Program-made: the position numbers and the translations under genes | Shown here: piece by piece, positions 9,043 through 17,725 of the stretch | Layout of the letters: the number at the start of each line of letters is the position of its first letter | How positions within the stretch are numbered: position 1 is the stretch's first letter | Notes under the pieces: model-generated | What the model saw: only the letters and a program-made list of their open reading frames with translations | Database searches by the model: none | What the model was told of the DNA's origin: nothing | DNA from: Methanothrix sp. | GTDB lineage: Archaea > Halobacteriota > Methanosarcinia > Methanotrichales > Methanotrichaceae | Assembly: GCA_037128175.1 (NCBI GenBank) | Contig: JBAXWY010000036.1 | Location: 1-29,102 of the forward strand | DNA: 29,102 bases | Reading direction: 5' to 3'

Positions 9043-10908
9043 TTAAGCTCGACGCTTGCATTCAATGTCCTCCGGGGAAGGCATAATGTAAGCGATATCC
9101 TCCGCAGGATGGCGGTAGAGCCTTGAACCCAACCGCTTTTGGTCCAGGATATGCCCGATCAGGCCGATGCTTCTGCCCAGGGCAAACAGCCCATTGAGAT
9201 AGCCCAGACGCACCACTTCATCGATCTCCGCCTTGCTGAAGGCTCCGCAGGAGGTCATCAGATCCAGGAAGAGAATTCCGATGCAGCCATCCACATTCAA
9301 GATCAGATTTCCCTTCTTGGCCGTGGTAAGCTCCTCAACCTGCAGGGCGTAATTGAGCAGCTCTGTGCTCGGGAAGTTCGCCCTGGCGTAGCTTATGAGT
9401 AATTGCACGCGCTTGTCCGGGTTCTTGACGCTCTTGATCTTGTGGCCGATGCCCGGGATGTTGATGCCCTTCCTCTTCATGTCGCTGACAAACTGCTCAG
9501 GCGTCAGATCCGCCTCTTTAGCGTGCTTGAATTCGCGAGCAGCATCGTCGATGGCACCACCGAAGCGCGGGCCGATGGTCAAGAGGCCGCTACATAGTGA
9601 TGATATGAGGTCTTTTCCGGCGCATGAAGCCACAATGGCGTTGTGGGCCCCGGATACGGCCGGGCCATGGTCGGCCACGATCTGCAAGACAAGCTCAATG
9701 AACCCGGCGGCATAGTCAGGCAGCTCCTTCTTAAACCAGAGCAGTCCGATGACCCCACCGATGCCCATCTTCTCATCCATAACAGCGGATAGCTTCTTTC
9801 CGGCATAGAGCACCTCTTCTCCGCTGTCGTCAGATATGGTGCAGATGAATGTGGTCGGCTTTCTGATGTCGCCGGAAGCCAACGCTTTGCTGTAGTCCGC
9901 CGGAATTCTTGGTGCTTCGGGCTCAATGAGCGGCAAAACTGAGCCCTGAGAGAGCAGCGTCTCGTATACCTGTCGCACACAATCGCCATAGCCATCGAAC
10001 GATGTGGGAACATAGGCACCTGCCTCAGAAAAGGCATCATTCTTGGCCTGAGCCGTCTCCTTGTGAGTATCGGCCTTAGCTCCGGCATGGCCAAATTGAA
10101 CGCTGGCGGGAAGCACGGGCGAGCAGGTTCCCGTCACCCATGCTACCAGCGGCTTTTTGATCTTGCCCTCTTTCAGGGCGGAAATGATCCTGTACTCGTC
10201 CTCGCCGCCCAGTTCTCCCAGGCAGGCAATCATCTTGATGGCGGGATTTTCCTCATAGCGCAGAATGTGGTCGAGCATTGTCGAGCCGGGATAGCGATCT
10301 CCGCCAATGGCCACGCCCTCGTAAATGCCGTCTGAGTTTCGGGAGATGATGTTGAAGGCCTCATTGAGCATGCCACCCGATTTGGAGACAAAACCAACAC
10401 ATCCCGGCCGGTAGAGCTTGGAGGCGATGATGTTCTCGATGGTCCCGGCGGTATTACCGATACGAAAAGCTCCCGCCGTCATGCCTCCTACCGTTGCCGG
10501 ACCGATGATGATCTTGCCCTGCTTTTTGGCTGTGGCGCTCATGATCCGCGACTGCCTCTCCGGCACCCCTTCGGCTATGACTGCCACAACGCGAATGCTT
10601 TTCTCTGCTATTGCCTCCATGGTGGTATCGAAGGCGGAACGGTGCGAAGCGAAGTTGACCATCACATCGGCTTTTGGATAGGCTTTGGCTGCCAGGGAGA
10701 TGCTCCTGTACATGGGTAGGATGATCTCTTTGCTTCCCCAAAAGGCCTTGTGAATGCCGGCTCGGCTGGGATTGATGATAGCAGAGATGCTCGGATCGGG
10801 GCGATTGCAGATGTAATCGAAGTCCAGCATGCGCTGGATGGCATTGGTCTGATAGCCGTAGACGAAGGCTTTCGTGTTTCTATCAAAGAGAACGTAATTC
10901 TGGCTCAT
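9043..10908 (-). CDS. aclA: ATP-citrate lyase alpha subunit
   Basis: CoA-binding and ligase domains ('IIGPATVGG', 'FGHAGA' phospho-His) followed by a citryl-CoA lyase domain ('ADHGPAVSGAHN', 'IPGIGHKIKS', 'ILNVDG'). Confidence 0.95.
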   Translation of the reverse strand: MSQNYVLFDRNTKAFVYGYQTNAIQRMLDFDYICNRPDPSISAIINPSRAGIHKAFWGSKEIILPMYRSISLAAKAYPKADVMVNFASHRSAFDTTMEAIAEKSIRVVAVIAEGVPERQSRIMSATAKKQGKIIIGPATVGGMTAGAFRIGNTAGTIENIIASKLYRPGCVGFVSKSGGMLNEAFNIISRNSDGIYEGVAIGGDRYPGSTMLDHILRYEENPAIKMIACLGELGGEDEYRIISALKEGKIKKPLVAWVTGTCSPVLPASVQFGHAGAKADTHKETAQAKNDAFSEAGAYVPTSFDGYGDCVRQVYETLLSQGSVLPLIEPEAPRIPADYSKALASGDIRKPTTFICTISDDSGEEVLYAGKKLSAVMDEKMGIGGVIGLLWFKKELPDYAAGFIELVLQIVADHGPAVSGAHNAIVASCAGKDLISSLCSGLLTIGPRFGGAIDDAAREFKHAKEADLTPEQFVSDMKRKGINIPGIGHKIKSVKNPDKRVQLLISYARANFPSTELLNYALQVEELTTAKKGNLILNVDGCIGILFLDLMTSCGAFSKAEIDEVVRLGYLNGLFALGRSIGLIGHILDQKRLGSRLYRHPAEDIAYIMPSPEDIECKRRA

Positions 10909-12173
10909 GTAGATGCACCATCCAATGCCAGGGGAACAATTCTGGTCATATGCGTCTCAGGTCCGTATACTTCAATGGGCACGCCTAGCCTTCCGCCAAC
11001 ACTCCGCATAAGCTTCAGGCCCTGCTCATAATTGGGGCCGCCTCTCCTCACATAAATCTTGACGCCCGCATCCTGTAGCATTTGCTGGTACTCCTCCAAG
11101 GCCATGACCACGCCCTTGAAGGTCTTGGCCACATCTGTGAAGTTGGCAATAGCGCCTCCTATGAGCAGCATCTTTCCGCGGGGGTCAATGCGACGCGTCA
11201 TCAGGTCCAAAATGGTCCTGGTGTAGTAGTAAGTCTCCTCGGTATTGGGATCGCCGCTGTATTCACCGTAATTGGCCATCTCCTTGGCAAAGCCCAGATC
11301 GCAGATGGTATCGGCGTAGATCACGCTCGCCCCGCCTCCGGCCACCATGGTCCAGACCCTTCCTTCCGGATTTAAAATGGTCAGCTTCAAAGAGGCTCCC
11401 GTCTTGGAATCAAGATCCTTGATGAACTGCTCTTCCTTGGACAGGCTTCTGCCGAAGGGCTCGGGGAAAGAGAGACCTGACCATCTTTTCCTCTGCCAGT
11501 ACTCCTCGGCATCATCAAGCTTGGCCACCATATCCAAAGGCACAATTGAGCCGTTATAGAAGGTAAAGGGATTGATCTCCAGATAGGAAAAGCCCGTTTC
11601 TGCATAAAAGCGCCACAAAGCCTTGATGAAATTCTCAACGGCGGTGCTCTTTTCCCCTAGATCCCCGGGCAAGCGGGACTTTATATCGACGCCATCTATT
11701 CCGGCCAGTACATCGACATGAAAACGAACTACTTTATCCCAATTCTCCTCCACAAAGACGCCGCCTTGCATGGAGAAGAAAATGTTGTCGCCATCGCTGT
11801 TCGAGCTGATGGCCACATAAAGCTCCTCTATGTGGGGTATGAAGGGTTCAATTAAGAAATGGGATAGCCTGCCGGTTATGTCTCCAACTGCGACCAATGC
11901 ACCCATGTTCTCCTGAAGGAATTCCTTCGCCCGATCCCAATCTGCATCCAGAAGAACCAGCCCGTGCTTGCCCCTCTTTCCAAAGAGCTGATCCGGCTTG
12001 ACGACTAGCCTTGCCGTCTTCAGCCAGGGATGAGTTGATGCCAACTCCTCCAGATCGGTCTCTGGTCCTACAAGGGCGAGTTCGCCCTTATAGGAGAATT
12101 CATTGAGGTACTGGGGAAGGAATCCGGCCAGCAAACGCTTTGCATCGTACTCCCTAATGCCTCTTTGTGCCAT
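10905..12173 (-). CDS. aclB: ATP-citrate lyase beta subunit
   Basis: Likely start MAQRGIREYDAK at 12173. ATP-grasp motifs 'VKPDQLFGKRGK', 'YLEINP', 'MVAGGGASV', 'NYGEYSG', 'RRGGPNY'. Overlaps aclA by 4 nt. Confidence 0.95.
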   Translation of the reverse strand: MAQRGIREYDAKRLLAGFLPQYLNEFSYKGELALVGPETDLEELASTHPWLKTARLVVKPDQLFGKRGKHGLVLLDADWDRAKEFLQENMGALVAVGDITGRLSHFLIEPFIPHIEELYVAISSNSDGDNIFFSMQGGVFVEENWDKVVRFHVDVLAGIDGVDIKSRLPGDLGEKSTAVENFIKALWRFYAETGFSYLEINPFTFYNGSIVPLDMVAKLDDAEEYWQRKRWSGLSFPEPFGRSLSKEEQFIKDLDSKTGASLKLTILNPEGRVWTMVAGGGASVIYADTICDLGFAKEMANYGEYSGDPNTEETYYYTRTILDLMTRRIDPRGKMLLIGGAIANFTDVAKTFKGVVMALEEYQQMLQDAGVKIYVRRGGPNYEQGLKLMRSVGGRLGVPIEVYGPETHMTRIVPLALDGAST

Positions 12174-12285
12174 GTTCAAAACCACCTTCGCCGCCTTAAT
12201 GATTTTCTTATTTACAAACCTTTCTAAAGGAAAAAGCCTAAAATGGCTCTTGAATGGCGAAATACTCCAGGGGGATCGGCTTACT

Positions 12286-13284
12286 ATGAAGTGTCCTGTT
12301 TGCAAAAAAGGCTGCATTCAGCCTGCAATAGAGGTTCTGGCAGAGATCGAGCAAAGGTACCCGGCCTGCCCGGCATGCGCGCCGGAGCCCAATTTAGACA
12401 AAACAGCAAGGTCAAAGCTTCTTCCGGAAAGGGTGGAAAGGTGCAGATCCTGCGGCAAAGCAACGCTTGACGGCGTAATGCTCGATGCCCTGCGCTTGCT
12501 GCAAGGCTACGGTCTGCGCGATGAAGATGAGACGTTGCGCTCCGTGGGCTCGCCGCTCATTGAGGTCGGCTATCCCCTGGCCTACTCGCCCCGGCTTGGG
12601 CCCAGGAGCCTGATACTTTCCGGTGACAGGTACAACAAAGAGGCCGCGGAGGCGATGCTAGAGCAAATTCCGGAGATCAAGGGAGTGATTCTGAGCAGGG
12701 GCGTTGCCGGAGTGATCGCCAGAGGGAAAAAGCCCCAGGAGAATTTGCTAATGGCCGGCTGCGACATGCGCGCCGACATCTCTCAAAGCCTCTTTGGGGA
12801 AACTGTGATATACAAAAGCCAGTCGCGAATACACATCGAATTTTCCCGGCAGAGCGCCCCCAAGATGAGAATTTTAGAGCAGCTATATTTGCAAGGAAAG
12901 CTTCGCGATGTGGTGGATGGGCTCGCGGGTCCGGGAACACTGGGGCTGATGTGCGTTTTAGCCGGGGCCAAGCGCGTGGTGCTCAATGATGCCTGGCTTG
13001 CCAGCGTGCAAAACGTGCTGCTCAATCTGGAAGCTAATAGAAGCTTGCTTGGAATCGATGAGATAGAGTATCCGGAAACCTCCAGGAGCACCGTGGGAAA
13101 GCAGCCGGTGCTCGTCGGTCGCGCCCATGGGGCCTGTGAGATCGAAGTCTATCACGGCGACCTTTTGAGGCTCTTTTCCAGAGCGCGGCCCGCCGACATT
13201 TGTCTGATCGATCACTTTCCCGGTGCTAATACAGCGGAGCTGGAGAGGGCCTGCCGGTGCTGTAAAGAGATAGTAATCGTGTAA
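12286..13284 (+). CDS. Conserved hypothetical protein with N-terminal Cys/Zn-finger and SAM-dependent methyltransferase-like C-terminus
   Basis: CPVC, CPAC and CRSC motifs, plus 'VVDGLAGPGTLGL...VVLND' Rossmann motif I. The ATG at 12286 follows GGGGGA. Confidence 0.7.
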   Translation: MKCPVCKKGCIQPAIEVLAEIEQRYPACPACAPEPNLDKTARSKLLPERVERCRSCGKATLDGVMLDALRLLQGYGLRDEDETLRSVGSPLIEVGYPLAYSPRLGPRSLILSGDRYNKEAAEAMLEQIPEIKGVILSRGVAGVIARGKKPQENLLMAGCDMRADISQSLFGETVIYKSQSRIHIEFSRQSAPKMRILEQLYLQGKLRDVVDGLAGPGTLGLMCVLAGAKRVVLNDAWLASVQNVLLNLEANRSLLGIDEIEYPETSRSTVGKQPVLVGRAHGACEIEVYHGDLLRLFSRARPADICLIDHFPGANTAELERACRCCKEIVIV

Positions 13285-13331
13285 AGAATAATAGAGCAAT
13301 AATTGAGGAACGGTTGAATAATAACAATTAG

Positions 13332-13406
13332 TGGGACAGCGCGGATTCGAACCGCGGTCCAAGAGTCCCAAACCCTCGAGGATAGACCAGGCTACCCCAC
13401 TGTCCC
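13332..13406 (-). tRNA. tRNA-Pro (anticodon UGG), no intron, CCA not encoded
   Basis: The reverse complement GGGACAGTGGGGTAGCCTGGTCTATCCTCGAGGGTTTGGGACTCTTGGACCGCGGTTCGAATCCGCGCTGTCCCA folds as a cloverleaf with anticodon loop TTTGGGA. Confidence 0.97.
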
Positions 13407-13436
13407 AAAATGCAGTAGGCCTACTGGTCTGTGGTC

Positions 13437-13450
13437 TTTAAAAGGCTTTT
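13437..13450 (-). promoter_or_regulatory. Putative BRE/TATA promoter of tRNA-Pro
   Basis: Minus strand AAAAG-CC-TTTTAAA; the TATA element lies 31-37 nt upstream of the mature 5' end. Confidence 0.6.
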
Positions 13451-13544
13451 GCTAGGCATTTCCTGGGTGCGACCATCAAAGCATTGCGATTCGAGAAAAA
13501 CCTAATCACAACCTTTTTAAATCCTGCTTTGATAGGGACATCTC

Positions 13545-13724
13545 ATGGGAAAGACAGGAAGCATAGTATGGGTCAAGATTAAGGGTAGAAAGGGTCAGAT
13601 CCGGCAGGTTACTAAGGCCGAGGCAACTCACAAGAAACCCGGTCCAATGCAAAGATATTCTGCAGCAGGTTCTAGAGTCAAGAAGATTAAGAGATCTGCG
13701 AAGGCTACTCAAATCAGAACATGA
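13545..13724 (+). CDS. Small basic protein, 59 aa (DUF5350-like), not in the ORF track
   Basis: MGKTGSIVWVKIKGRKGQIRQVTKAEATHKKPGPMQRYSAAGSRVKKIKRSAKATQIRT. AGGGA lies upstream and the stop overlaps the thiI start (ATGA). Confidence 0.85.
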   Translation: MGKTGSIVWVKIKGRKGQIRQVTKAEATHKKPGPMQRYSAAGSRVKKIKRSAKATQIRT

Positions 13725-14896
13725 TCTCCCAGGACGTAGTCTTGGTTCGCTACGGGGAGATTACACTAAAAGATAGCTGGACCAGGCAGAACTGGGAACG
13801 CATTTTAGCCGGCAATATAGCTTTTTCCTTGCATCGAGCCGGGGTGGAGCATAGAATGGAAAGGGGCGAGGGCAGGATCTTCGTCCATACCTCTGACTCC
13901 AGGGCAAGCGAGATTGCGGCACGGGTTTTTGGAGTAGTCTCAACCAGCCCCGCCATAACTGTCGCTTCCGATCTGGAAGAGATAAGCCGGGCGGCAGCGG
14001 AGCTGGCGGGCCTGGCCAGGCCTAGAACTTTTGCCATCCGGCCAAGGCGCTCAGGGGTCTCATTCTCCAGCGAACAGATCGGACGGGTCGTGGGCGAAGC
14101 GGTTAGAGTTGCGACGCTCTCCGCAGTAGATCTGAATAAGCCGGAACTGGAGATCTTCGTTGAGGCCAGGAAGGATCGAACCCTCATCTTCACCGAGGTT
14201 GTGAAGGGCGTGGGCGGCCTGCCCCTGGGCTCGCAGGGCAAGATGTTAGTGCTCATTTCCGGTGGCATTGACTCGCCTGTTGCCGCCTGGATGATGATGA
14301 AAAGGGGCTGTCCAGTCACTCTCCTGCATTTCGACTCCCGGCCTTATGCCGATGCCATAGACCAGTCCATGAGATGCGCAAAGGTTTTGGTGGACTGGAC
14401 GGCAGGCAGGAAGATTGATTTTATCACGATTCCCATCAGCCGGGGAATCGAGAAAATTGCATCTCACTTTCCGAGAGCCACTTGCGTTCTCTGCCGGCGT
14501 TTGATGTACCGCATAGCTACAGAGGTCATGCAGATGCAGGGATGCCTGGGCATTGTCACCGGCTATTCCATGGGTCAGGTGGCCTCGCAGACCGCAGATA
14601 ACATCCTGGCTGAGCAGGCAGCGATCGGAGTTCCAGTCTTCCATCCGCTCATCTCTCTGGACAAAACGGAGATCACTGATCTGGCCAGAAAGGTAGGCAC
14701 CTACGGCATTGCCGCAGAGACCAAATCCTGCACTGCCGTGCCCAGCAAGCCCATGACCCGGGCCAAGAAGGACGAGATCCTCCAGGCAGAAGAAGAACTG
14801 GGGCTCCGGGAAATAGCCAGGGCGCTGGTCAAAGAGATGACGGTAACCAGAATCGGATACCAGGATATTGACGTACGGCAAGAAGGCCGGGAATGA
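13721..14896 (+). CDS. thiI: tRNA 4-thiouridine synthase ThiI
   Basis: 'VRYGEITLK', THUMP domain, 'GGLPLGSQGK', PP-loop 'SGGIDS', CVLC and 'GQVASQT'. No rhodanese domain. Confidence 0.95.
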   Translation: MISQDVVLVRYGEITLKDSWTRQNWERILAGNIAFSLHRAGVEHRMERGEGRIFVHTSDSRASEIAARVFGVVSTSPAITVASDLEEISRAAAELAGLARPRTFAIRPRRSGVSFSSEQIGRVVGEAVRVATLSAVDLNKPELEIFVEARKDRTLIFTEVVKGVGGLPLGSQGKMLVLISGGIDSPVAAWMMMKRGCPVTLLHFDSRPYADAIDQSMRCAKVLVDWTAGRKIDFITIPISRGIEKIASHFPRATCVLCRRLMYRIATEVMQMQGCLGIVTGYSMGQVASQTADNILAEQAAIGVPVFHPLISLDKTEITDLARKVGTYGIAAETKSCTAVPSKPMTRAKKDEILQAEEELGLREIARALVKEMTVTRIGYQDIDVRQEGRE

Positions 14897-15250
14897 TTTG
14901 TCCGTTAGCAATATCAACAGTCATTATTGATGATATCTGATCAGTAAGTAATGAACTAACTTAAGGATTACAAACAGTGGTTCTTTTCTAGTCCGGCGCA
15001 AAATCCTTAAGGCAATCGATTTTTATGCCACTATTTCATCGCCATTCCCAGACAAATAAAGGCGCAAAACATAAATATTTAAAGAAGAGAGTATAGACAT
15101 CAATTGTAAATTAATTGATAATGAATGAGGAACAAACCAAATTGATCACATTTGTCGCGAATCCCGTAAAGATGGAAAGAATATTGGCAAATGTATTAGC
15201 AACTAACTAAAAATTTAAATTTAAAAATAATAAGTTTCGGAGAGATATGA

Positions 15251-15454
15251 ATGGCTGAAGAAAAAGGAAGTTCCAAAAAAGATGTAAAGGGCACGATGAC
15301 CGTTCAGGAGGCAGGCAGAAAAGGCGGCACGAAGACCGCCCAGACACACGGTAAGGATTTTTATGAAGAAATCGGCCACAAGGGCGGCCAGAGGGTCAAA
15401 GAACTCATTGAAGAAGGAAAGAGATCCAAGGCACTGAGCAGAGAGAAGCAGTAG
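15251..15454 (+). CDS. KGG-repeat general stress protein (GsiB/Em-like)
   Basis: 'MTVQEAGRKGG...HGKDFYEEIGHKGGQRVKELIEEGK'. Confidence 0.9.
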   Translation: MAEEKGSSKKDVKGTMTVQEAGRKGGTKTAQTHGKDFYEEIGHKGGQRVKELIEEGKRSKALSREKQ

Positions 15455-15457
15455 CGC

Positions 15458-15465
15458 TTTTTTTT
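15458..15465 (+). terminator. Putative oligo-T archaeal terminator
   Basis: T8 run 3 nt after the stop codon of the KGG protein gene. Confidence 0.45.
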
Positions 15466-15494
15466 GCAGTATCACAGGGCAAGTCCAGGTAAAG

Positions 15495-15593
15495 TTAGAT
15501 TATTTGCCGCTTTGCTGAGACAGGCATCTTGGCCAGGATCATTCCTCGCTTGGTGCGGGTGAGGGCATAGCCGCCTTTGAGCTTTTTGCCCTC
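15495..15593 (-). pseudogene. Relic of a LigD 3'-phosphoesterase domain C-terminus
   Basis: Translates as EGKKLKGGYALTRTKRGMILAKM..., resembling the 'G.KLKG.Y.L.R....WLL.K' end of LigD PE modules. There is no start codon or N-terminus. Confidence 0.55.
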
Positions 15594-15604
15594 GCAGGGA
15601 ACAC

Positions 15605-15661
15605 TTTCCTAAGAGCACAGGCAAGCTCTTCCAGGCGCACGGGCTTGCAGATATAATCATC
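15605..15661 (-). pseudogene. Relic of a response-regulator receiver domain C-terminus
   Basis: Translates as DDYICKPVRLEELACALRK, matching the REC beta5-alpha5 'DDYIsKPv.leeL' motif. Confidence 0.6.
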
Positions 15662-15671
15662 CTTGTACTAT

Positions 15672-15965
15672 CTATTTCTCTTTGTTTATTCTCATCTTGG
15701 ACTCGATAGATACATCCTTATCCAGGCGGTAATCGATATGAACCGTGGTTATTATTCTCGGCACGCCCATCTTTGCCAGCTTTTTATTCGCCATCTCGAT
15801 CACACTAAAGAGCTGCTCAAAGCTGCTTGCCTCAATGACAGTAGACATGGGTCCGGCAGCAAATTTAATGCCGGAATGTCTTAAAAGCTCATGCACGGCC
15901 CGCACATATTGGGAGGCACTCGTTCCCGCGCCCATGGGAATGGTGGCGAAGTCTGCTACAATCAT
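15672..15965 (-). CDS. MTH1187/YkoF family thiamine-binding protein
   Basis: 'MIVADFATIPMG..TSASQYV', 'GPMSTVIE', 'RIIT...IDYRLDK'. Confidence 0.9.
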   Translation of the reverse strand: MIVADFATIPMGAGTSASQYVRAVHELLRHSGIKFAAGPMSTVIEASSFEQLFSVIEMANKKLAKMGVPRIITTVHIDYRLDKDVSIESKMRINKEK

Positions 15966-16048
15966 AGTAGTATATTAAATTGCAAAGTATAGAAAAGTTT
16001 TGAAAAGATGCCGTCAGGCCGGAATCGGTCCGGACCGAATGGCGCCAA

Positions 16049-16696
16049 TCAAGCAAGCGGGAGAAGAGCAAGAAGCTTCTTTGCCGAGGCTACCGGGTCC
16101 TCTGCCTCGTAGACCGATCTGCCCGCGATTAAATAGTCCGCGCCCGCGCACAGAGCCGCGCCAGCGGAGCCGCCCTGGGCGCCTACGCCAGGCGATATGA
16201 TTATCTGCTCTCCGATGATGGAACGGATCAGCTTAATTCTATCCGGGCGCGTGGCCGGGGCCACCACTCCGGCTGCGCCCACCTCCACCGCCAGCCGGGC
16301 CATCTTCTCGGCCAGGGGCGCCATAAACAGCTCCGCGCCGGGGTGGCTCATCTCCGTTACCACATAGAGATCGGCCCCGTGCTCTGCGGCACTCTTGGCG
16401 CAGGCTTGCAGGGAATCCTTTCCCGGGAAGGCCTGAGCGATAATGCCGCAGGCTCCCGCACCCAGCACCGCCTGGCAGATGAGCCGGTTGGTGTTGGGTA
16501 TGTCGGCCACTTTCAGGTCGGCGATGACAGGCAGAGTGGTAGCGATCTCCGTCACGATTCCGAGGCCGGCGGAGAGAATAAGGGGATAGCCGATCTTGAT
16601 GGCGTCGAAATAGTCTTTGAGCTGTCCGGCTAAGGAAAGGGCCTGCTCTCGGGAGGTGACATCCAGTGCCAGGATCAGCCTTGTCTTTTTCTTCAT
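16049..16696 (-). CDS. pyrF: Orotidine 5'-phosphate decarboxylase
   Basis: Start MKKKTRLILALD at 16696. Motifs 'DLKVADIPNT', 'EMSHPG', 'SPGVGAQGG', 'GRS'. Confidence 0.97.
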   Translation of the reverse strand: MKKKTRLILALDVTSREQALSLAGQLKDYFDAIKIGYPLILSAGLGIVTEIATTLPVIADLKVADIPNTNRLICQAVLGAGACGIIAQAFPGKDSLQACAKSAAEHGADLYVVTEMSHPGAELFMAPLAEKMARLAVEVGAAGVVAPATRPDRIKLIRSIIGEQIIISPGVGAQGGSAGAALCAGADYLIAGRSVYEAEDPVASAKKLLALLPLA

Positions 16697-16792
16697 GCAA
16701 GTCAGATTCCTATTAGGTGTTGGGTAATAATGTGTGGGCTCTTCGCTATTTCTCGTGGCTAACCTCAGGTTACTATGTTTTTCCAATTGTTA

Positions 16793-16915
16793 GTTAGTCG
16801 CTCTGTGCGTACTCTGTGAACTCTGTGTCTCTGTGGTTGAAACGTCGTCAGCTACTGGTTATAACCAATGGCGAACGATACTACCACCACAGAGACACAG
16901 AGCGCACGGAGGACT
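16793..16915. repeat. CTCTGTG/CACAGAG inverted-repeat element, copy B (complete, MITE/REP-like)
   Basis: Arms 16812-16837 and 16886-16911 are reverse complements at 23/26 positions. Confidence 0.85.
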
Positions 16916-17005
16916 CAATTACTCAATTATCCACTCGATACAGCAAGGAACCAATGTAGGTTAGTGCTTACTACTATTAGTTCGTAAGCCATTTCCTTCT
17001 CTTGA

Positions 17006-17644
17006 CTAAATGCAGCCGTCGATCAGCACCACAGCTTCTCGCAGATCGCCCACTACCTCGCGCCCAGATCGTTCTCCCTTGCGATCCAGAAAGAGCGCAT
17101 CAAGACCTGCCTCCAGGGGCGACTCGTAGTCGTAATTGTAGTGATCTCCGATGTGCAGAACCTCAAAGGGCTTGGCGCCCATGTGGGCACAGACCGTGCC
17201 GTAGATGAGAGGCGATTTCTTGACCTCCCGGAAATCTGAGGTAGCGGAGAAGGTCTCGCTGAAGTAGTCCGACAGGCCTTCCAGCTCGATGTCGATGAAC
17301 TCGCGAGCAGCGTTGGATGTCACCACCAGCTCATAGTTTTCGGCGAGAAGATCCAGCACCTCCTGCACCTCAGGATAGGTTTCGATCTCGTCCTCGTACA
17401 TCTGCAAGAGATCGTCCTTGCCAACCTTTAGCCCGAACCTCTCGATCCAGTACATGAGGTCGTACCACTCCAGCCGATCGCTGCCGATCTTCGTGTACTC
17501 GCCGACAACGTAACTCTTGGCAACGGGAAAGTCCAGGCCGGTCTTTTCGGCGTAAAGCATAGGCATGCCTTCCATCCAGACCTTGTCCACGAACCTGGAG
17601 TTGACCAGGGTGCCGTCCATGTCCAGGGATATGACGCGAATCAT
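17006..17644 (-). CDS. HAD-superfamily hydrolase
   Basis: Motif I 'DMDGTL', motif II 'TSN', motifs III/IV 'KK.P...HIGD...D'. Start MIRVISLD at 17644. Confidence 0.92.
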   Translation of the reverse strand: MIRVISLDMDGTLVNSRFVDKVWMEGMPMLYAEKTGLDFPVAKSYVVGEYTKIGSDRLEWYDLMYWIERFGLKVGKDDLLQMYEDEIETYPEVQEVLDLLAENYELVVTSNAAREFIDIELEGLSDYFSETFSATSDFREVKKSPLIYGTVCAHMGAKPFEVLHIGDHYNYDYESPLEAGLDALFLDRKGERSGREVVGDLREAVVLIDGCI

Positions 17645-17725
17645 TGATGGTTTAAAGTCTGCTTTTGGGTTATTATCCTTTCCGAAGCGTAAGACCCTTG
17701 TATCCCCTTGTCCTTTTTTAAAGCT

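Noticed and set aside
12174-12317. N-terminal extensions in the ORF track for aclB, the Zn-finger gene (12103), pyrF (16786) and the HAD gene (17752)
   Set aside because: Family homology begins at downstream ATGs, and the extensions run through promoter regions or overlap divergent genes.
13332-13406. tRNA-Pro as an integration site
   Set aside because: No integrase and no duplicated tRNA 3' end were seen in the window.
14897-15250. C/D-box sRNA in the AT-rich spacer (TGATGA...CTGA near 14929-14940)
   Set aside because: The boxes are only a few nucleotides apart with no guide region; the spacer is better explained as promoter DNA.
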